Positions 58,643 to 64,000 of a stretch of DNA of 64,000 nt are shown here, piece after piece; the stretch's first letter is position 1, and the number at the start of each line of letters is the position of its first letter. The notes under the pieces were generated by a model. That model did no database searches. It was not told where the DNA came from and saw only the letters and a list, made by a program, of their open reading frames with translations. The DNA is taken from positions 160,001 through 224,000 of the forward strand of contig CAVPHD010000001.1 of NCBI GenBank assembly GCA_963704165.1. The letters are read 5' to 3'. The stretch is from an uncultured delta proteobacterium. Its GTDB lineage: Bacteria > Myxococcota_A > UBA9160 > SZUA-336. The translations under genes were made by a program, and so were the position numbers.

Positions 58643-59401
58643 TCACGGCCCCTCGGTCTCGCCCTCCGGCACGATCCGCTCGCGCAGGCGCACCGGCTTG
58701 GCGCGCGGACGCAGGCGCAGGTTGAGCATCTCGACGCCGAGCGAGAACGCCATCGCAAAGTAGATGTAGCCCTTGGGAATGTGCTGATCGAATCCCTCCG
58801 CGACCAGCGCGAACCCGATCAGCAAGAGGAAGCTCAACGCGAGCATCTTCACCGTCGGGTGACTCTCGACGAAGCGGCTGATCGGAGCGGCGAAGACGAG
58901 CATGAAGCCGACGGCGATCACCACCGCCGCGATCATGACGCCGATCTGATCGACCATGCCGACGGCGGTGATCACGGAGTCGAGCGAGAAGACGATGTCG
59001 AGCAGGAGGATCTGTACGATCACGCTCGAGAACGACGCGGCCGTTCGCGTCGAGATGTGGCCCGGCTCGCCCTCGAGCTTCTGGTGGATCTCGTGCGTGC
59101 TCTTCGTGAGCAGGAAGAGCCCGCCGAGAAGCAGGATCAGGTCCCGGCCGGAGATCTCCTCTCCGAAGACCGTGAAGAGCGGAGCGGTCAGGCGGATGAT
59201 CCAGACGATCGAGAAGAGCAAGGCGATGCGCATCAACATGGCGAGCCCGAGACCGACGCTGCGCGCACGCGCCTGCTGCTCGAGCGGGAGCTTGCCCGCC
59301 AGGATCGAGATGAACACCACGTTGTCGATTCCGAGCACGATCTCGAGTGCCGTCAGCGTCGCGAGCGCAATCCAGATCTGGGGATCCGTCAGCCAGTCCA
59401 A
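58643..59401 (-). CDS. TerC-family membrane protein
   Basis: LEIVLGIDN, GRDLILL.GGLFL, DIVFSLDSVITAVG, KGYIYFAMAFS. TTG start inferred. Confidence 0.93.
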   Translation of the reverse strand: MDWLTDPQIWIALATLTALEIVLGIDNVVFISILAGKLPLEQQARARSVGLGLAMLMRIALLFSIVWIIRLTAPLFTVFGEEISGRDLILLLGGLFLLTKSTHEIHQKLEGEPGHISTRTAASFSSVIVQILLLDIVFSLDSVITAVGMVDQIGVMIAAVVIAVGFMLVFAAPISRFVESHPTVKMLALSFLLLIGFALVAEGFDQHIPKGYIYFAMAFSLGVEMLNLRLRPRAKPVRLRERIVPEGETEGP

Positions 59402-59415
59402 TGCGACGCCCCCGC

Positions 59416-62121
59416 CTACTCGGCGCGGGGAGCGCCACCCAGGCGCTCCAGGATCTGTCCGAGCTGCTCGATCTCTTCGCCGTAGCGCGCCCAATCACCC
59501 GCGCGCTGCGCTTCGAGCGCCCGCCGGAACGCGTCGCGCGCGCGCGCCATCGAGTCGCTTTCCGGTGCCGCCGGCGCCCGTGCACCCTTCGCGGCGGGCG
59601 AGGTCCCTGGCGTCGGCCGGGAACCGTCGGTCGGAAAGATCCGAGCGAGTCCGGCTTCGAGCGTCTTCTCCATCACGATCTGATTCTGGTACGCGACGAT
59701 CACGCGCTTGAGCTCGGGGATGCGCCCTCCCGCCGCACGCAGGTAGAGCGGACGGATGTAGATCAGCGATTCCTCGACGGGAATCACGAGTAGCGATCCC
59801 TGGATCACCTCGGAACCCTGCTGATTCCAGAGGGTGATCTGCGGCGAGATCACTTGATCCTGATTGATCCTCGCCACGACCTGGCGCGGGCCGTAGATCA
59901 CCTTCTGCTTCGGAAACTGGAATGCGACGAGTCGACCGTAGTTCTCACCGTCGCTGCGGGCGACCATCCACGCTGCGAGGTTGTCCTTCTGGCGCGGGGT
60001 GAACGGGAGCATTTGAAGGTATTCCTCGTCCTTCTCCCCCGGCAGACGCATGATCGTGTAGTACGGCTCCATCGGCGACGCACCGTCGACGATGGGAACC
60101 TGCCACTGATCCTCGCGGTTGTAGAAGACCGCGGGATTGGACATGTGATAGGTGGAGTACATGGCGGCCTGTGCGGTGAAGATGTCCTGCGGGTAGCGCA
60201 GTCGCGAACTCAAACCCTCGGGCATCTGGTCGCGCGGAGTCATCAGGTTCGGGAAGATGCGCGCCCAGGTACGCGCGATCGGATCCTCGGAATCGATCGA
60301 GTAGAAGCGTACGTCACCGTGATAGGCGTCGATCGTGACCTTGATCGCGTTCCGGATGTAGTTCACACCGCTGCGTCCGATCGAAGTCGAGTACGGGTAC
60401 CGGGTGGTCGTCGTGTACGCGTCCTGGATCCAGACCAGTCGCCCCTCGTCGATCGCCAGATACGGATCCTCGTCGTAGTGCAGGAACGGCGCGATCTTCC
60501 GCACGCGATCCCCGATGCGCCGATACATGAGCACCCGGCTCTCGGCCTTCAAGCTCCCCGAGAAGAGCGTGTCGGTCGAACGAAATCGGATCGCGAAGAG
60601 CAGGCGCCGGCCCAGCGATCCGAGTGAGACGCCGCCGTCTCCGCGGTAGGCCGTGAACTTGTTGTCGTCCCCTTCCGGGTAGTCGAACTCCTCCGTCTTC
60701 GTCTTCACGAAGACGTGATCACTCGAGAGCTCGCCGAAATAGATCGCGGGCTCGGTCACCGGCAGGTCGACGCTGGACTGCGGCGGAAGATCCTTGATGA
60801 ACAGGACAGGCAAACCTTCAGGCGTGACCTGATTCACCGGGCCGAGCGTCAGACCGTAGCCGTGGGTGAAGGTCAGCCGTTCGTTGATCCACGAGCGCGC
60901 AGGCAGGCTCTCGGAATTCAACTCTCGCGCGCTGAGCATGATCTGGCGGTACTTCCCGTCGATCGTGTAGCGATCGTTGTCCACCGAGACGAAGTCGTAG
61001 TAGGTCCGGATCTCCTGGATCTGACTGAACGTGTCGAGCAGAGGTTGCTTGTTCCAGAGCGGAACGTTGTCGAACGTCGTCGCGTTCGCGTCGATGTCGG
61101 CGCGCGTCAGCACCGCATCGCCCGAGAGCTCGCGTTCCTCGACCCGGTCGAGCGCGAACGCCGCACGCGTCGCGTACATGTTGTGGATGATGTAGGGCGT
61201 CTCTCGGACCTGCTCGTTCGGCGCGACGACGAGGCGCTGAATGATCGAGGCATAGGCCATGCCGCCGATCGAAACCGCGGCGTACAGCGCCGCGGCGGCC
61301 GCGATCGGCCAGAGCGACGTCGCGGTCATCTGGTACACGGCGAGCGTCGCAGCGGCGAGCGAAGCCACGAGAAGCAGCGCCAGAGCCGGCATCCGCGCGT
61401 GGACGTCCGCATAGCTCGCGCCGTGCGTGATGGACGAAGGCGTCGTCAGCAGATCCGGCGGTCCGAGCCAGGCGGCGAAGGCCAGCACCAGGAAGAGCGC
61501 CGCGACCAGGGCTGCGACGTGAACGCGAGCTACGCGCGTGACGAAGAGTCCGCGGACCGGATTCATGCCGAGATTTCCGGCCATGACGTGGGCCGCAATG
61601 ACGCCCGCGGTCGTGAGCACGACCAGCCACAGCAACAGGTTCCTCAGTGTCTCGAAGAACGGCAGCGCGAAGACATAAAAGCCGATGTCCCGGCCGAGCA
61701 GCGGGTCGGTCGTGCCGAAGGGTTCGGCGTACAGATAGAGCAGCCAGATCTGCCAACGGCCAGATGCAAAGAGCGCCAGCAGGAAAGCGACGCCGGCCGA
61801 GATCGCGAGGATCTGCGGTCGGAGTGAACTCGGATCGAGCGAGATCGTGCGCATGCCCTCGGGCGTCATGCGCACGATGTCGAGACGTCGGAGCGAGCGT
61901 CGCGTCAGATCGAAGTTCAGGAAGAAGGTGCCGAACGCGATCGCGAAGACCGCCGCTCCAACCCCGAGCTGGGCCGCGATCGAGCGCGCCATGACCTGTG
62001 CCTGCTCCACCTCCTGGAACCAGAGCCAATCGGTGAAGACACCGATCAACGTGGGAAGAAAGAGCGCGAGAACCGCGACGACGACCAGAAAGGGAATCGC
62101 TCGAGGGGATCTCTGTGCCAA
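59416..62121 (-). CDS. UPF0182-family membrane protein
   Basis: DWLWF, DP..GRDIGFYVF.LP, TRAAFAL, QEIRTYY.F, THGYG, DPY, NYIRN, RYPQD.F, GP.Q, P.LKRV. Confidence 0.93.
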   Translation of the reverse strand: MAQRSPRAIPFLVVVAVLALFLPTLIGVFTDWLWFQEVEQAQVMARSIAAQLGVGAAVFAIAFGTFFLNFDLTRRSLRRLDIVRMTPEGMRTISLDPSSLRPQILAISAGVAFLLALFASGRWQIWLLYLYAEPFGTTDPLLGRDIGFYVFALPFFETLRNLLLWLVVLTTAGVIAAHVMAGNLGMNPVRGLFVTRVARVHVAALVAALFLVLAFAAWLGPPDLLTTPSSITHGASYADVHARMPALALLLVASLAAATLAVYQMTATSLWPIAAAAALYAAVSIGGMAYASIIQRLVVAPNEQVRETPYIIHNMYATRAAFALDRVEERELSGDAVLTRADIDANATTFDNVPLWNKQPLLDTFSQIQEIRTYYDFVSVDNDRYTIDGKYRQIMLSARELNSESLPARSWINERLTFTHGYGLTLGPVNQVTPEGLPVLFIKDLPPQSSVDLPVTEPAIYFGELSSDHVFVKTKTEEFDYPEGDDNKFTAYRGDGGVSLGSLGRRLLFAIRFRSTDTLFSGSLKAESRVLMYRRIGDRVRKIAPFLHYDEDPYLAIDEGRLVWIQDAYTTTTRYPYSTSIGRSGVNYIRNAIKVTIDAYHGDVRFYSIDSEDPIARTWARIFPNLMTPRDQMPEGLSSRLRYPQDIFTAQAAMYSTYHMSNPAVFYNREDQWQVPIVDGASPMEPYYTIMRLPGEKDEEYLQMLPFTPRQKDNLAAWMVARSDGENYGRLVAFQFPKQKVIYGPRQVVARINQDQVISPQITLWNQQGSEVIQGSLLVIPVEESLIYIRPLYLRAAGGRIPELKRVIVAYQNQIVMEKTLEAGLARIFPTDGSRPTPGTSPAAKGARAPAAPESDSMARARDAFRRALEAQRAGDWARYGEEIEQLGQILERLGGAPRAE

Positions 62122-62210
62122 AGGGCCTCCAAAACGCCGAGGACACGACGGAGACTCGACTATACTCGACCCGAGGGAGTCGGATGTGAGTTGTACCGAA
62201 GCAGCCCAGG

Positions 62211-62649
62211 ATGGCTTCGTCCATCACGACGCCGATTCCACGTGATGGAGACGCCCGACTTCCTGATGCGCTTCGCGGACCCATCCGTGCGAAGCCGCAT
62301 GAAGCCGCTCTTCGTCTCGAGCGTGAAGTCCGGCGAGGCGGACATGATCGAAGCGCTTCGCGCCCGTCATCGCGAGCCCGAATTCCGCGCGATGGCGAAC
62401 TTCCGCTCGGTCGATTGCACGGCGATCGCCTACTCCGTCATGCATTCCGCAAAGAACGAGGAGCGCCCACAGAACCTGTCGCTGCGTCCAAGCGAGGACG
62501 TGGGTTGGATCGTCGAGAACGCGGGCGCGGGGATCTGCATGGTCTCGTCGGATGACCCGCACGCGGAGGGCGGACGAAATCCCCTGCGCCGCTTCTACTC
62601 GGAGAACTTCATCGATCTGATGGGACCGATGCTCAAATCAAGCGCTTGA
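62211..62649 (+). pseudogene. Amidohydrolase-family remnant with frameshifts and large internal deletion
   Basis: HDADS and HVMETPDFL..ADP form a split DxH metal motif. It joins EDVGWIVENAG..ICMVSSDDPHAEGGRNP and FYSENFIDLMG (an SDYPH-like C-terminus) in under 450 nt. Confidence 0.65.
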
Positions 62650-64000
62650 TGCGCGCCCACAGCTCCTGAACCGGGATCTCGAGGTCGCGCACCACGTAGA
62701 TCGACAGCTCGCTCTCGTACGGCATGCAGAGCTCGCAGCTTCGGTGTCCGACTTTCTCGACGCTGCCGAAGAGCTCCGCGATCGGGGGCGGAACCTCGCC
62801 GATCACCAGCGCGATCCGACCATCCCAGTCGCCGGTGCCCCAGAGCCAGTACGAGTTGTGCGGCGAAACCGCGGGAGGCAATCCGAGGGTCCTGCCGAAA
62901 TAATCGATCGCTCCGGCCTCTCCGTAGTTCTGTCCGACGATCACGGCGCGGCTGCGCTCCGCTTCGGGAAGCGTGCGCCAGACGACCGCGACCTCCTCGG
63001 CGAGCTCACGCCAGCCGAACATGTCGGCGTAGATCTGCGGCAGCGCTGCGCGCGCGCCGCGTTCCATCTTGGGTGCGCCGAGCCCGATCGCATCGGAGTA
63101 CGCGATGAACCGCTCCGGGGACAGCACCGGAATCGCCATCGGCAGAAGCGCGGTGCCGGCGATCGCGATCACCGTCCCGACGGCGAGCGGAGCCCGCGCC
63201 CACGCGCGCCGCACGAAGAACGCGTCGAGCGAGACGGCGCCGGCCGCGAAGAGCAGCGGATACACGGGTGCCAGGTAGTAGACCTTCGCGTGCTGAAGCA
63301 GCATCACCGCGAGGATCGCGAGATACGCGATCCCGAGCGCCCGCACGCGCGCGAAGCGCGTCGCGAAAAGCAGCGCGAACAGACCGAGAATCCAGAGCGG
63401 TGCGAGTGCGGGGTGCAGCAAGACGACCTGACCGCCGAGGAAATCCATCGGCGCGATCGGCAGGTTCTTGCTCGCCGTCGCGTTGCTCATGAAGTCGAGC
63501 GAAGGTGCGCCGTGAGCGATCTCCCAGGCGACGTGCGGGGCGAAGAGAAGCGACGCGAGCGCGCCTCCGGCCCAGAGCCAGGGAGAGAGGAGCTGCCGTC
63601 TTTGCGGAGTGAGGACGAGCCCGACGACGATTCCGAAACCCAGAAACGCGACGCTGTACTTGTTCTGCAGTCCGAGCCCCGCGAGCAGCCCGAAGACGAG
63701 CCAGAGTCGTGTCTCGCCGCGCATGAGGATCCGAACGGCCACGATCAGAAGCCCCGTCCAGGCGAGCAGGTCGAATGCGTTCATCGAGTAGAAATGCGAG
63801 ATCGCCAGGAAGAACGGCGCGAAGAACGCCGCCAGCGCAGCGAGGACCTGCGCCGCGCGCGCTCCACCGAGGTCGCGCGCGAGGAGCCCCGTCAGGAAGA
63901 CCGTCGCGGCTCCTGCGACGCCGGGCAGAAAGCGCAGCGCGAAGAGCCCGTCTCCGAAGGCGGAGCGCCAGAGCGCGAGCAACGCGATCGAGAGCGGTGG
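62633..64000 (-). CDS. Glycosyltransferase family 39/83 (ArnT/PMT-like) membrane protein (5'-truncated by window edge)
   Basis: PPL, GLQNKY, KVYYLAP.YP, NYGEAGA, SPHNSYW.W and many TM helices. Confidence 0.85.
   Translation of the reverse strand, partial: PPLSIALLALWRSAFGDGLFALRFLPGVAGAATVFLTGLLARDLGGARAAQVLAALAAFFAPFFLAISHFYSMNAFDLLAWTGLLIVAVRILMRGETRLWLVFGLLAGLGLQNKYSVAFLGFGIVVGLVLTPQRRQLLSPWLWAGGALASLLFAPHVAWEIAHGAPSLDFMSNATASKNLPIAPMDFLGGQVVLLHPALAPLWILGLFALLFATRFARVRALGIAYLAILAVMLLQHAKVYYLAPVYPLLFAAGAVSLDAFFVRRAWARAPLAVGTVIAIAGTALLPMAIPVLSPERFIAYSDAIGLGAPKMERGARAALPQIYADMFGWRELAEEVAVVWRTLPEAERSRAVIVGQNYGEAGAIDYFGRTLGLPPAVSPHNSYWLWGTGDWDGRIALVIGEVPPPIAELFGSVEKVGHRSCELCMPYESELSIYVVRDLEIPVQELWARIKRLI

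Noticed and set aside
1..64000. CRISPR arrays, tRNA/rRNA, transposases, integrases, prophage genes
   Set aside because: None recognised by eye. Nearly all sequence is accounted for by CDSs, but a tRNAscan/Infernal run is needed to exclude small RNAs.

Overview
This is 64 kb of a GC-rich, gene-dense chromosome from a Gram-negative bacterium. The gene repertoire (PEP-CTERM protein, DUF1302/DUF1329/MMPL cluster, many acyl-CoA and hydrolase genes) looks Myxococcota/deltaproteobacterial, but that is inference. I count about 65 genes and saw no rRNA, tRNA, CRISPR array or mobile element. Main blocks in order: a GspE/PilB ATPase with a Ycf46-like AAA ATPase; msrPQ; a PEP-CTERM protein; acyl-CoA genes; fumC; an arsR-arsC-acr3 operon ending in a translationally coupled ATP-grasp-like gene; and a ~13.5 kb envelope transport cluster. 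That cluster holds a DUF1302 barrel, an MMPL/RND transporter, a YCF48 propeller, DUF1329, a second LolA-like protein, a VWA protein and several lipoproteins. Housekeeping and catabolic genes fill the rest. The most notable observations are: (1) the MMPL carries two large inserts, one a clear helix-hairpin-helix (HHH_5/NusA-AR-like) module; (2) several probable LolA-like beta-sheet proteins surround it, including a paralog pair; (3) a convergent pair of tiny paralogous Cx7Cx11Cx7C lipoproteins; (4) the ATP-grasp-like gene in the ars operon; (5) three pseudogenes collapsed by internal deletion (TauD, DyP, amidohydrolase). Many single-base frameshifts cluster at 6.1-13.3 kb, with one each at ~19.6 kb and ~36.7 kb. 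They look like assembly indels rather than biology. All family calls come from motifs recognised by eye; no database was searched.
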